From Bdellovibrionota bacterium (GTDB lineage: Bacteria > Bdellovibrionota_C > UBA2361 > JBGSMV01): 64,000 nucleotides of DNA. Below are positions 1-9,935 of this stretch, in pieces. Each line of letters starts with the position of its first letter. The stretch's first letter is position 1. The stretch is from contig JBGSMV010000024.1 in NCBI GenBank assembly GCA_041739995.1, forward strand, positions 1 to 64,000. Direction: 5' to 3'. Under the pieces are notes generated by a model. The model did no database searches. It was not told where the DNA came from and was given only the letters and a program-made list of their open reading frames with translations. A program made the translations under genes and the position numbers.

Positions 1-1394
1 TTTCTGGAAGTGATGACGGGATTTGGGCGTACGGCTCCACAGAACCGTCCAGTCGCACCCCTCAGCGTGGATCAGCCGAGCGGCCACTTCGAACCCTCGC
101 AATGGCGATCAGAGTCGCTGCTGAACTAGGGACTGTGGCGAGAATCTCACCAAGCATTCCGCTTCCTAATCCGCTCCCAGTCCTTGCGGGAGACGGGGAC
201 GGAGCGAAAATTCTGCTCAAACGAGGTATGTATACTTGGGGTGGTCGTGAGCGGGCAGACTACCAGTCAACGGTGACACTCAATCGTTGGATGACGATTG
301 CTCCTGCACCGGGCGTCCTCAAGCAAGACGCAGTAATCAACGCCCTCAACCGATCCCAAGCTCCGCGCAACAATCTCGTCAAATTCAGCGGCATCACCGT
401 TAACCTTGAGAATGAGACGACATTCTTCTTTGACGACACCTCTTCGCTGGGCAATGGAAGCACCGTTCTTCCGCGGCCAAGGATGCGTTGGGTTGAAGAC
501 GTGTACCTGAAGGGTCCAGGAATGGATAGTGGAGAGATCAGCGGCGGGAACATCCAATATGTCTACTACACGGACGGCACGCACATGGACGAGTGGTTTC
601 GCAGCGGAATTGGCGAGATCGTCCGCAACACAGTGGTGACCAACATCGGGGAGACGGGAATCGGGGGTGGGCTTGTGGTGAACAACTTTGTTCAAACATT
701 GCGCTTTGGTCATCCCGGTGCACATCCGCATCTGATTGATCCGGTGCAAGGACAGATTATCTATAACCTTGAAGCATACGATCTTCAGGGGCTTATTTGG
801 CATTGGAATGGTCGAACGCTCGTTATTCCTCCTGGAGGACTGTGCAACTTCCCTGCGAAGAACATTGCGATGGTAAATTTCTTGGCCGAATCCTTTGATT
901 CGTCAGGCGCCTCAGCCAGGATCGAGTTTGAAGATGCCTGCGCTGAGCACGTTGTCCTTTCGAACCTTACACTTCCCAATTCGCAGCTCCTTTTTAGAAA
1001 GACCAATCGAGCGGGTTTCCCCGCCGAAGGAGTCTACTCACGCGATATTGTAGTCAGAGACTCAGTGATAAGTAATTTTAGCGTGGTGGTGCAAAGCGGA
1101 GACACCGCGGATTATCAGATTGAGAGCTTCAATAATCACATCGGAATGAGCGGTCCAACGCGGATAGCTGACTCTGTGCTTCGCACCACGAGCGGCGAAC
1201 CGGGCTTTGTGAATGGAGTGAGCCCGAATGGAAACTACCGCCCCAGAGACGACTCCGTGCTGTGCGAACCGCAGCGAGCACCGCCATTAGATCACGCAAT
1301 CGCCGTCGGCCTTAACGGCGAGAGTCGCTCGGCGGCACACCCCGCGTGTATTGGTGCCTTCGCTAGGCCCACTGAGCCCGAGGAAGGTCAGTAA
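1..1394 (+). CDS. Hypothetical protein, probable right-handed beta-helix, 5'-truncated by the window edge
   Basis: The frame of ORF 102..1394 stays open back to position 3 (SGSDDGIW...GSAERPLRTLAMAI). This resembles the GSxxxPxxTIxxA motif that precedes parallel beta-helix domains. The body is rich in N/G/V/I and ends in a ...CIGAF motif. Confidence 0.55.
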   Translation, partial: SGSDDGIWAYGSTEPSSRTPQRGSAERPLRTLAMAIRVAAELGTVARISPSIPLPNPLPVLAGDGDGAKILLKRGMYTWGGRERADYQSTVTLNRWMTIAPAPGVLKQDAVINALNRSQAPRNNLVKFSGITVNLENETTFFFDDTSSLGNGSTVLPRPRMRWVEDVYLKGPGMDSGEISGGNIQYVYYTDGTHMDEWFRSGIGEIVRNTVVTNIGETGIGGGLVVNNFVQTLRFGHPGAHPHLIDPVQGQIIYNLEAYDLQGLIWHWNGRTLVIPPGGLCNFPAKNIAMVNFLAESFDSSGASARIEFEDACAEHVVLSNLTLPNSQLLFRKTNRAGFPAEGVYSRDIVVRDSVISNFSVVVQSGDTADYQIESFNNHIGMSGPTRIADSVLRTTSGEPGFVNGVSPNGNYRPRDDSVLCEPQRAPPLDHAIAVGLNGESRSAAHPACIGAFARPTEPEEGQ

Positions 1395-1650
1395 CGACAG
1401 AGTGGCGGCGGCGCCTTGGGGTCCGCGTTGAGTCCTGTGCCCTGAATCCAGCGTCCTGTCGACCGCTCAGCCGTTTAAGTCCCGCGCCAACGCGACGCTT
1501 GCTTTTAACTCTAAGGGGCGGCCTCTTGCCCAATCTATACTTCCCGTCACCAATAGCGCGCTTCGTCGTAGCCTAAGGGCCGCCGTAGGTTGTCTCTATA
1601 ATGAAGGAGTCGTTGATGTAGGGTCTGATGTGAGGGAGATGCAGGAAGAG

Positions 1651-1893
1651 TCAGGGCGGGCTGGCATCACTGAGGTCAATTAGAGTCATTGCATCCATGC
1701 CTAGCGCACATCCCTGAATCTGCTCCAGGCTTTCCGCTCCCTGCGACTGAACGCATTTCTGGCAGCTCTCAAGGGTCGAAAACATCTGCCCCTGAGTCTT
1801 CCACTGCAAGCAAGTAAACCGCGCGCCTAAAACCGATTGACTACAGCCGGATAGGGTGAGGGCAAAGGACAGTGAGAAGAGAAGGGTCCGCAT
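1651..1893 (-). CDS. Small Cys-rich lipoprotein (paralog of 25926..26180)
   Basis: Lipobox LSG-C. 41 of 52 residues from the lipobox Cys onward are identical to the ORF at 25926..26180. Confidence 0.75.
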   Translation of the reverse strand: MRTLLFSLSFALTLSGCSQSVLGARFTCLQWKTQGQMFSTLESCQKCVQSQGAESLEQIQGCALGMDAMTLIDLSDASPP

Positions 1894-1920
1894 GGGAGGG
1901 CAGAATATGTTATTTGGTTG

Positions 1921-3600
1921 AGAGTAGGAAAATCGATCTAACCATCCGAGCTAATTGGACAATCTTGGTAGTGAGCTGGAGGATGCGTTAAGCGCATTGA
2001 AGTGCCGTGTAGCCTGCGAGCGCAAGTGCGCCAAGACAGGCGGCGGACAGGTGCGAAGTGATGGATTTCGAGAGGTATGGGGTGCCGAGGCTTGGAGAGA
2101 AGCGTGGCGAGGGCGTTTTTTGTAGAAGCTTGGGTGCAGTTTTCCTGAAGCGGCGCTAAGCGCTGAAGTCGTCGGGCGGGAAGTGGTCGAAGGATTCTGG
2201 CTCAGGTGGCCGGCGTATCTTGGGCGGAGCCTGCGCCCGTGGAATACAGAGAGAGTCAGCGATTTTGATGATTTCCCGTTCATCGGTAAGGAAGGCAACG
2301 ATGCTCATCTGGCTTTTGCAGCGTGGACACTCGAGTGGGTTAATCTCGAACACCCGCTTCATGCACGCTGCCCAGCTTACTGCGGGTACTGCTCTCGCCT
2401 CCAGCGTAGCGGCGTCGTTGAGAACCGGCGCACGCTTTGCGCGCTCCCCCCGGGCTCTGCACGAATACCATCCGTAGTATCGAGTGAGAGACTCATACGG
2501 TTTAGGGATGTGGCATGAAAGGAGAGCCAGGAACTCTAATGCATCGAACTCGTGGGTACGCCCGTCGTTAGTGGAGTAAGATACGATGTCGTCAGTGAGG
2601 GAAAGTTTTTCCAAAGAGAGTGGTCCCCTTTCAATGTAGCGCGCAACAAACCTGGTGCGGTCCTCCTCAGTGAAGGGCTCTCCGACCCAGGCACCGAACC
2701 CTGAGTGTTCTTGAGAGAGTATCTGCGCCGGTACTTCGTCGGTGATGAGTCCCCGGGTAACGAGCTCGGAGAGGACCAGGTCACGGAAGTGCTCCGCCAT
2801 GCGCTCGGTGTCGATGGCTGCCAAGAGAGTAAAGACTCCCTCCTCATCGAAGGTGCCATCGGCAAGGAGCCCGTGTAGGTGGGGGTTGAAATTCAGTGCC
2901 TCACCGGCGGTCTGCACCGTAAGGACAAGGGCGGGACTTTGAGTATCTGACCCAAGGACTGCCTGCACAGAGCTGACTGCCGCCTTAAAGAGGATATCGT
3001 TAAGACTTCGATCATACCGGAAGAACACACGCAGCCGCTTGGGGAGCGTGAAGCCGCAGTGCCGATGCGGCACTTTCTCAACAACTGAGTCGTAGAGATG
3101 TTCGCCGAACTTCACGGCGCGCTTCGCGCCGCATGACGGACACAATCCCCGTTTCTTGCAAGAGAAAGCAACGAGTAAAGAATGCTTACAGGTGTCGCAA
3201 TAAACTCGCGCCGCACCGTGCGCTAGCAGTCCGCAGCTAAGATACTCATCGAACGTGGTTAAGACCTCGTCGCGAAGGACGCCGTAGGTTGATTGAAAGC
3301 GATCGTCCCAGACTCGTGTTAGCTCGTCACGTCCGTGATAGACCACGCGGTAGAGCTGCGTCTGCTCTGGAGTTCTTCGGCGATAATGCTGGAGCGAGTT
3401 CTTGGCGCTCTCCCAGCGGCGACACTGCAACACCTATCATAATCGGCAATTGCAGCGAGAAGTTGCCTGCCAAGAACAGGAGCGGAGTATTGTGTGGGCG
3501 CAAAATTTCCGTAAATAGCTTCAACCTCCCTCAGTACCCTACTACACCCTTACGGCGAGCTAATCCCGCACAACATAATCATGCGGCAACTGAGAAATCT
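1921..3600 (-). mobile_element. IS91/ISCR-like rolling-circle insertion sequence (boundaries approximate)
   Basis: Contains the HUH transposase. An oriIS-like motif (minus strand ...GATTTTCCTACTCTC, ~1921-1940) lies downstream of the gene. The far (terIS) end is not defined. Confidence 0.55.
2156..3433 (-). CDS. IS91/ISCR-family transposase (Zn-binding domain plus Y2_Tnp-type HUH domain)
   Basis: CDTC...SCKKRGLCPSC Zn motif, FTLPKRLR, HUH motif NPHLHGL, catalytic RYIER, RYYGWYS and a C-terminal CPRC. Confidence 0.93.
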   Translation of the reverse strand: MLQCRRWESAKNSLQHYRRRTPEQTQLYRVVYHGRDELTRVWDDRFQSTYGVLRDEVLTTFDEYLSCGLLAHGAARVYCDTCKHSLLVAFSCKKRGLCPSCGAKRAVKFGEHLYDSVVEKVPHRHCGFTLPKRLRVFFRYDRSLNDILFKAAVSSVQAVLGSDTQSPALVLTVQTAGEALNFNPHLHGLLADGTFDEEGVFTLLAAIDTERMAEHFRDLVLSELVTRGLITDEVPAQILSQEHSGFGAWVGEPFTEEDRTRFVARYIERGPLSLEKLSLTDDIVSYSTNDGRTHEFDALEFLALLSCHIPKPYESLTRYYGWYSCRARGERAKRAPVLNDAATLEARAVPAVSWAACMKRVFEINPLECPRCKSQMSIVAFLTDEREIIKIADSLCIPRAQAPPKIRRPPEPESFDHFPPDDFSA

Positions 3601-4002
3601 CCCCCCACCCCCCATGGCTGGGAACAGCTGAAAAACTCAGTGCTGTGAGGCTGTGCTTGTACGTGTCGCAGTACACCGGTGCCGCGCCATGCTGAAGGAG
3701 TCCGCAGCTCAGGTACTACGAAATTCTAGTGGTCCTGTTGCCAGCACCCTCGGGTTTAATCCCCAACTCCTCCGCTGCATGCGTCGGAGATAACTACCTG
3801 GTGGTTCTCGACGGTAGGTTGATTGGAAAAGAGGGTTCTCCACTTTTTGACGAATTTTGGCTTAGGGGTCCGAAGTTTCATCGGTCAAGCTCCCTCGTCT
3901 TAACTCTTGGCGCTGGTTCAGTACGCGTAATGTCTTGGGCGAAGGCAAGGAGCTGCTTCGCTTCTCTCTCGTCTCGAACCCTAAAGTCCCTCTCTAACCC
4001 CT

Positions 4003-4644
4003 TCACTTCCCGCAGCACGCGCTCTGGCGGCACCAAGCGTGAGTGTTCTCTCCCGTAGTCTTGGTCAGTAATTCCCTGCATATCTGAGGCAAGAGTGACT
4101 TTAAACCTGGGAGGTCGATTGAGTCGCTCTTTATCTCAAAGGGAAGCGAAAGCGTGCTTTTGTCAGCCCGCTGTAACTGCAGCTGTCCGCCAGAGCTGCT
4201 CGAACTAATTACAATCGCAGCGTGAGTGAAGCCTTGCGACTTAAGCTTCGTTACCATCTCTGCGGTTGCAGCATCTCGTAATGTTAGCGCCCCAATCGAT
4301 TTTACACGATCTCCTTCGATCATTGAGGCTCCCAGCCGCCCGTTCTCAAAATGCTGGCGCATTATTGGTGAAGATTCGATTTTAAGTCGACTCGCTGAGA
4401 CCAGGTCTCCAGCCTGAGCTGTTGCTCCAAATCCTACGCGAACTCCGGCGATTACTTTTTCCAGTGTAGCTCCATCAGGAGATCCGCCAGCTTCTCCTAT
4501 ATTCGATACGACGCTTGACGCGGCACTATTGCGAAGATGGTCGTCTCTTGAGGTCGCTCCTGCAGGAGACGAGAGGGAGCCTACCGAGGTACTAACAACC
4601 GCCGCCGCTACCTTGATGCTGTTCGCGATACCCATAGACGACAT
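4003..4644 (-). CDS. Hypothetical protein
   Basis: Long ORF. The start was moved to MSSMG (4644) because the upstream part overlaps the IS end motifs. Confidence 0.4.
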   Translation of the reverse strand: MSSMGIANSIKVAAAVVSTSVGSLSSPAGATSRDDHLRNSAASSVVSNIGEAGGSPDGATLEKVIAGVRVGFGATAQAGDLVSASRLKIESSPIMRQHFENGRLGASMIEGDRVKSIGALTLRDAATAEMVTKLKSQGFTHAAIVISSSSSGGQLQLQRADKSTLSLPFEIKSDSIDLPGLKSLLPQICRELLTKTTGENTHAWCRQSACCGK

Positions 4645-4692
4645 AAGCGGAACTTCCCTCGAACAAAGGATGCCATCGTTAGAACCACGATA

Positions 4693-5975
4693 AGCCTCAT
4701 AAAAAAGGTTACCAAAGAGAAGCTGTTTGAGTGGTTGAAGCCTCATAATTCCAGTTACCGAACTTTTATAAGGTTCTGGAAATATGAGAGAAATAGTAGG
4801 TTTTGACGAGTTAAAGCACCGCTACTTGAACGGAAACCGTAGGAGCAAGGCTGAAATCCTACGAAGTTTTGTGACCCTACACGGGTACAACCGGAAGAGC
4901 GCCATCCGGCTACTGAACCGAGGGGTGAACAACGCCCTTACTAGTCGCAAGCCACAGAGACGGGGACCGAAGGCGCGGTACCAGGACCCCGAGTTTCGCC
5001 GAACGCTGCGGCTACTGTGGAGCGAGATGGAGTGGCAGTGTGGCCGGAACATGAAGGAAGCCATTCCACGCTGGCTGCCTGACTTTGAGGATGAGCATGG
5101 GGCAGTCAGGTCTGAGATTCGTGAGCGGCTTTTGTCTGTCAGCCATTCAACAATAGACCGGATTCTTAGAGAGTTTCGGACCCAAGAGAAATGGAAGGGC
5201 GGGACACGCCGCGGTGCCCTGAAGGACCAGATTCAGATCTCCACTCACGCTATCCGCGATGACCGCCCTGGTCACATCGAGGTTGATACCGTGGCACACT
5301 GCGGCGGCGATATGTCGGGACGCTTTCTATGGAGTTTTACCGCTACCGATATCGTGACCGGCTGGACCGAGGTACGTTCAGTCTGGGCAAAGGGCATGGC
5401 TCCCATTATCGAGCAGTTCTCTGACATGCGGAGAAGCTTCCCATTTCCGATCTTGAGCTTTGATTCCGACAACGGTGGCGAGTTTATCAACCGCGCCATG
5501 TTTCTCTTCTTACAGCGGGAGGGGATCGCACAGTCGCGATCTCGTGCCTACGAAAGCAATGACAACGCGCATGTCGAGCAGAAAAATAGAACTCATGTGA
5601 GAAACTATCTCGGTGAAATGCGAATCGATAACCCAGAAGTTTCAGAAGCGCTGAACATTATTGTTAAAAACAAACTTTCACTGCTGAGGAACTTTTTCTT
5701 TCCCACTCGTAAGTTACTCTCAAAGACCGTCTTCGGCGGCAAGATCTACAAAACCTATGACCAGCCGGCCACCCCATACGACAGGGTGATTCGCTCGCCA
5801 CACACCCCTCCAGATGTTAGACAAGCACTCACTGACCTCGCAGCTACTCTCAAACCCATCAAACTTCGGAAGCAACTTCGCTCCCAGTTAAGACAGGTGC
5901 TTAAGCATGCTTCGGTAACATCCAATTACGAGGCTTCAGATCAAGGCTCCTTCGGTAACACCTAATTGTGAGGCT
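4693..5975 (+). mobile_element. Insertion sequence (rve/ISNCY-type) with two copies of a GGTAAC-N8/9-(T/C)GAGGCT motif at each end, inverted between ends
   Basis: Left motifs at 4693-4716 and 4739-4762 (AGCCTCA-N8-GTTACC). Right motifs at 5911-5935 and 5951-5975 (TTCGGTAAC-N9-YGAGGCT). They flank the transposase. Confidence 0.75.
4784..5965 (+). CDS. DDE integrase-core (rve) transposase, ISNCY-type
   Basis: N-terminal HTH (RYL...KAEIL...GYNRKSAIRLL). Catalytic motifs PGHIEVDTVAHCG, DIVTGWTE, DSDNGGEFIN and NDNAHVEQKN. Confidence 0.92.
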   Translation: MREIVGFDELKHRYLNGNRRSKAEILRSFVTLHGYNRKSAIRLLNRGVNNALTSRKPQRRGPKARYQDPEFRRTLRLLWSEMEWQCGRNMKEAIPRWLPDFEDEHGAVRSEIRERLLSVSHSTIDRILREFRTQEKWKGGTRRGALKDQIQISTHAIRDDRPGHIEVDTVAHCGGDMSGRFLWSFTATDIVTGWTEVRSVWAKGMAPIIEQFSDMRRSFPFPILSFDSDNGGEFINRAMFLFLQREGIAQSRSRAYESNDNAHVEQKNRTHVRNYLGEMRIDNPEVSEALNIIVKNKLSLLRNFFFPTRKLLSKTVFGGKIYKTYDQPATPYDRVIRSPHTPPDVRQALTDLAATLKPIKLRKQLRSQLRQVLKHASVTSNYEASDQGSFGNT

Positions 5976-6013
5976 CTCCGAAACTCCGAACACCTATTCG
6001 GGTATCGGCAGTC

Positions 6014-6193
6014 CTATCAAGGTCGTGAAAAAACTTTTCACGACCTTGATAGAGAGGACAGGATGCCCGACCGCGGACTAGAGCAAAGCGTAAGTACGCG
6101 AAGCGACGCGGATTTCGCGCCGCTCGTCGCGCGAAAGGAGCTTGGAGCGAGTAAAAATGGTCCAAGGAGGGCATTTTTTCACCAGCCTGCGAG
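6014..6193 (-). repeat. MITE family C, copy 1 (~180 bp)
   Basis: Reverse-complement near-copy of 49563-49743. Ends of the type CAGGCTGGTGAAAAA...TTTTTCACRACCTTG. Confidence 0.85.
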
Positions 6194-6219
6194 AGCACAT
6201 ATTCCGCAGGAAAACAGGC

Positions 6220-7923
6220 TCAACACACATTCCACGCTCGGCGCTGTCTAACTAAAAGCACCCGTACTGCCCACCAAAACACGATAGAATTGACGGTAAA
6301 AATAAGCGCAGAGACCAAAGGCGCGGGCGTATGCATCCAACCCGGCATCGTTGCACTCAGGCTCACCACGCCTTCTCTAAGAAGAATCAACCCACTCGAA
6401 ATGAATTCGAGGCCTATACCTGCCGGGTCAGTGCCAGCGATATGAAGAAGCATTGCGAGCCCTCCCCCCACAGTCCCAAAAAGTGCAATTAGCGGCGCAC
6501 AGAGAGGATTGAGGACCAGACCTGCCACCGGAAAGGTGCCGAACCAAAGCAGCCCGACAGTAAGTGGCAGTAAAGTCGCCCAAAAAGAAACCCGTAGATA
6601 ACTTCGCATTCGCGACTCTCCAGGAAGCCTCAGTTCGCTGCCGAGCACAATACCAACTAAAGCGGCATAGGTAAGCTGAGCACTCGGATCAAGAAAAATT
6701 CCAGGCCAGATCAAACACAGCACAAATGCAGTCACCACTAGTAGATTCCACATCGAGGTATCACGCTCAGTAAGCTGAGCAACGACCAATGCACACAGAC
6801 CAACCGCGGCCCGCAGGCTTGATGACTCGACTCCAACAATGAGCACAAACATCATCGTAAAACTAAGGGCGAGGAGTCTCGGCCACCACCTCAACAAGCA
6901 ACCCCATCCACTTCCTGCATGCTCGCCGCCACCAAACCCAACGCCTGAAAGCACAGAATTCATAAAAGCCGTGAGCCCACGAAACAACCCCCACAGCAGC
7001 GCGAATACGAGAGAAACCTGGTACCCCGACAGCACCAGCACATGAGAAAGTCCCGTTCGTCGAAACGCCTTTTCGGTGAACTCACTGAGCCCATCCCGCT
7101 CCCCCAATACTAACGCCAACACCAACCCCGCACGCTCGCCAGTCCCTAAGGCCTCATGTATCGAGTGTGTAAGCTCCTCGCGCGTCCGCTCGAAAAAAGA
7201 GGCTCTATTCTTCGCCAACCTGACCGCGTACTCGATTGAGCAACTTCCAGTAATTCCGCGCCGAATGAGCCCGGCGTTGTATGAAAGCGGGCCTCCTCCC
7301 AATTCAACCACTTTGATCGAAGCGCGAGCTGCCACCACATCGCCGCGACGCAACCCGGCAATCTCGCGCCAAGGCAGATCCACTGCACGACAGAGAATCC
7401 TCTTCCCGCGCCAACTATGAGGCGATTCGGTCGCCGATGAACTTGGTTCGTCGCTCCACTGCTGGCGCACTCGCATTTCAACACGCACCCCGCCAGGCTT
7501 TGGCCTTCGAGGCTGGGTTACCACTTCTAAAAGGAACCTTGCGGTAAGGGTACGTTCCACCTCAGGTATCACTTCAACGCGAGGATGTTGAAGAAGTATG
7601 GCGAGCACTCCCAGACTTCCTCCAACAAGAAAAGGCAGCAGGAGACCCCCGCGAAGCTTCTCAAAGACATGGGACCATTTTGTCCTACCAAGGAGCGTCC
7701 GCCTAAAAAGCATCAACAGCGCTGCTGTGACCCCAATGGCTACCAGCCATGTCTCAACAGCCGAGAGTAAATAGAATCCAAGCTGGGCAACCACCGCCCC
7801 AAAAGCTACCGGTGCTGCCGGACAGACAGCTCTTCCCCGAGCAAGGAGGCGCCGGAGGTTCCCCAACCTCAACGGTACATTGTGTCCCACTCCCATTTTT
7901 GTAATTTGCTCCGAATTGCTCAT
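6220..7923 (-). CDS. comEC: ComEC/Rec2 competence protein
   Basis: LVLALVLGER, FRRTGLSHVLVLSGYQV, SSLRAA, DPSAQLTY and GLVLNPL Competence-domain motifs; many TM segments. No C-terminal metallo-beta-lactamase domain. Confidence 0.88.
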   Translation of the reverse strand: MSNSEQITKMGVGHNVPLRLGNLRRLLARGRAVCPAAPVAFGAVVAQLGFYLLSAVETWLVAIGVTAALLMLFRRTLLGRTKWSHVFEKLRGGLLLPFLVGGSLGVLAILLQHPRVEVIPEVERTLTARFLLEVVTQPRRPKPGGVRVEMRVRQQWSDEPSSSATESPHSWRGKRILCRAVDLPWREIAGLRRGDVVAARASIKVVELGGGPLSYNAGLIRRGITGSCSIEYAVRLAKNRASFFERTREELTHSIHEALGTGERAGLVLALVLGERDGLSEFTEKAFRRTGLSHVLVLSGYQVSLVFALLWGLFRGLTAFMNSVLSGVGFGGGEHAGSGWGCLLRWWPRLLALSFTMMFVLIVGVESSSLRAAVGLCALVVAQLTERDTSMWNLLVVTAFVLCLIWPGIFLDPSAQLTYAALVGIVLGSELRLPGESRMRSYLRVSFWATLLPLTVGLLWFGTFPVAGLVLNPLCAPLIALFGTVGGGLAMLLHIAGTDPAGIGLEFISSGLILLREGVVSLSATMPGWMHTPAPLVSALIFTVNSIVFWWAVRVLLVRQRRAWNVC

Positions 7924-8198
7924 CGTCTCCCCCTGAGCCTCATATTCGGAGAATCCCTCCGAGAATTTCCTCAGACCAAGCAACCTTGAAGCCCGAGCCT
8001 CAAGTTAAGCCCCCTTTCCAGTACCGAAACGCAAATTCAAGGACCTACAACTGTTCTCCCTCACGACGAGGCATGATACGGTTCGCGGGTCTTGTGAAAA
8101 TTCAGGGGAACGCCTCTGAAGCGCTGAGCAACGCCGCCGCGAAATAGCGCATGGCGCGTAGAGGCTCGTGCTGCGGAATAATTGTATAGAGGTGCATA

Positions 8199-9545
8199 AT
8201 GCAGGCCGTTGAACAGGAAATGAATGGGGCTAGAAACACGATGAAAAGCGATCCCGTCGATTACAAAGTAAAAGATATCAGTCTCGCTGATTGGGGCCGC
8301 AAAGAGATCACCATTGCTGAAAAAGAAATGCCGGGCCTCATGGCACTTCGCCGCGAGTATGGTGCCAAAAAGCCACTGAAGGGCGCCCGTATCGCTGGCT
8401 GTCTGCACATGACCATTCAAACCGCCGTGCTGATTGAAACCCTAGTAGAACTAGGTGCCGAAGTGCGTTGGTCAAGCTGCAACATCTACTCCACTCAAGA
8501 TCATGCCGCAGCCGCCATCGCTAAAACCGGCGTGCCTGTGTTTGCCTGGAAGGGTGAGACAAACGAAGAGTATGACTGGTGCATCGAACAGACCATTATG
8601 TTCGGCGACAAGGGCCCCAACATGCTACTCGACGATGGTGGTGACCTGACCAAGATCGTGCACGAGAAGTATTCAGAAATGCTTCCCGAGATTCATGGCG
8701 TTTCTGAAGAAACGACTACGGGAGTGATGCGCCTGATTGAGATGTCAAAAGCAGGCAAGCTCAAAGTGGCAGCCTTCAACGTCAACGACTCGGTCACCAA
8801 GTCTAAGTTCGATAATATGTACGGCTGCCGAGAGTCGCTTGCGGACGGCTTAAAGCGTGCAACGGACGTGATGATTGCGGGCAAATGCGTGGTCATTGCC
8901 GGATTTGGAGATGTCGGTAAGGGCTGCGCTCAGTCCATGCGCGGGTTTGGCGCACGCGTGCTCATCACCGAAATCGATCCGATTATTGCACTGCAAGCTG
9001 CAATGGAAGGGTTTGACGTGGTGTTGATGGAAGATGCTGCCAAAGTCGCAGACATTTTCGTCACCGCCACAGGCAACCTCAATATCATCAATGAGAAGCA
9101 CTTCAAGGTTATGAAGGATCAAGCGATTCTTTGTAACATTGGGCACTTTGACAACGAGATTGACATTGCTTGGCTTGAGAAGAACCGCAAAGAGGAAATC
9201 AGCATCAAGCCGCAGGTCGACAAGTTCGTTATGTCGGATGGACGAGAACTTATTGTGCTTGCACGTGGACGCTTGGTTAATCTTGGCTGCGCTAACGGGC
9301 ATCCATCCTTTGTGATGTCCACCTCGTTCTCGAACCAGGTAATTGCTCAGATTGAGCTCTTTACCAATCAGGGCAAGTACAAGCGCGGCGAGGTATTTGT
9401 GTTACCGAAACTACTCGACGAAAAAGTCGCTAGATTGCATCTCGACAAGCTTGGCGTGAAGCTCACCGTGCTTTCTGATGAGCAAGCAAAATACCTTGGT
9501 GTTAGCAAGACCGGGCCATTTAAGCCTGAGAGCTATCGATACTAG
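8199..9545 (+). CDS. ahcY: Adenosylhomocysteinase
   Basis: [73 protein letters not shown]. Confidence 0.98.
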   Translation: MQAVEQEMNGARNTMKSDPVDYKVKDISLADWGRKEITIAEKEMPGLMALRREYGAKKPLKGARIAGCLHMTIQTAVLIETLVELGAEVRWSSCNIYSTQDHAAAAIAKTGVPVFAWKGETNEEYDWCIEQTIMFGDKGPNMLLDDGGDLTKIVHEKYSEMLPEIHGVSEETTTGVMRLIEMSKAGKLKVAAFNVNDSVTKSKFDNMYGCRESLADGLKRATDVMIAGKCVVIAGFGDVGKGCAQSMRGFGARVLITEIDPIIALQAAMEGFDVVLMEDAAKVADIFVTATGNLNIINEKHFKVMKDQAILCNIGHFDNEIDIAWLEKNRKEEISIKPQVDKFVMSDGRELIVLARGRLVNLGCANGHPSFVMSTSFSNQVIAQIELFTNQGKYKRGEVFVLPKLLDEKVARLHLDKLGVKLTVLSDEQAKYLGVSKTGPFKPESYRY

Positions 9546-9557
9546 ACCCAACAAGGC

Positions 9558-9595
9558 AGGCCCTCGTCTTTGATTCGCTTCAAGGATGAGGGCCT
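9558..9595. terminator. Hairpin after ahcY, possible terminator
   Basis: AGGCCCTCGTCTTTGA-ttcgct-TCAAGGATGAGGGCCT, a 16-bp stem with G-U pairs immediately after the stop codon. No long U-tract. Confidence 0.5.
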
Positions 9596-9654
9596 CATAG
9601 CGCCCGCTGGCAGGCTTTCAGGGATAGTTGGCTGGTTATTGCAGCAACTGCAAC

Positions 9655-9935
9655 GCAAGCGCTCAAGAAGCGAATTCTGCTGTGTAAGCACACCTGTCGC
9701 GATGCCAATGAGTGAAATGCCGTCACTCACGTTGCGAATCGCAGCGCCATAGTGTCGCGCATCGGTTCTTAATGAATCAGCAATTGCCAAGCCCGCCGCA
9801 TCATCTGAAGCGCGATTAATCCTCTGCCCAGAAGAGAGGCGTTCGAACGTACGCGACAATCCATCACTGGCTTCCGTGAGTCGTCGCTGCGCCGCCAGTG
9901 CGGGTTTTGTTGCTACCAATCGTGATTGACGCCAC
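9655..9935 (-). pseudogene. fliC: Flagellin N-terminal fragment, frameshifted and truncated
   Basis: GGAGGA RBS, then GTG at 9935 gives MASITIGSNK. One extra base in AACAAAACCC follows, then PALAAQRRL...LSSGQRINRASDDAAGLAIA...IRNVSDGIS...LERLR, after which similarity ends. Confidence 0.85.

Noticed and set aside
1936..1993. Integron attC site (ATCTAAC...GTTAAGC)
   Set aside because: The pairing lacks the attC L-box and unpaired-spacer layout, there is no integrase or cassette array, and it fits better as part of the IS91-like oriIS end.
3563..3592. dif- or attI-like sequence (minus strand GCCGCATGATTATGTTGTGC)
   Set aside because: The spacing does not fit the 11-6-11 XerC/D site and no tyrosine recombinase is adjacent. 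It may simply be a terIS-region hairpin.
3878..4081. Possible frameshifted continuation of the hypothetical gene 4003..4644
   Set aside because: No homology evidence or slippery site to support joining the frames.
7990..8198. SAH or SAM riboswitch upstream of ahcY
   Set aside because: Only a small hairpin (TTCAGGGG-AACG-CCTCTGAA) is present; the riboswitch consensus elements were not found.
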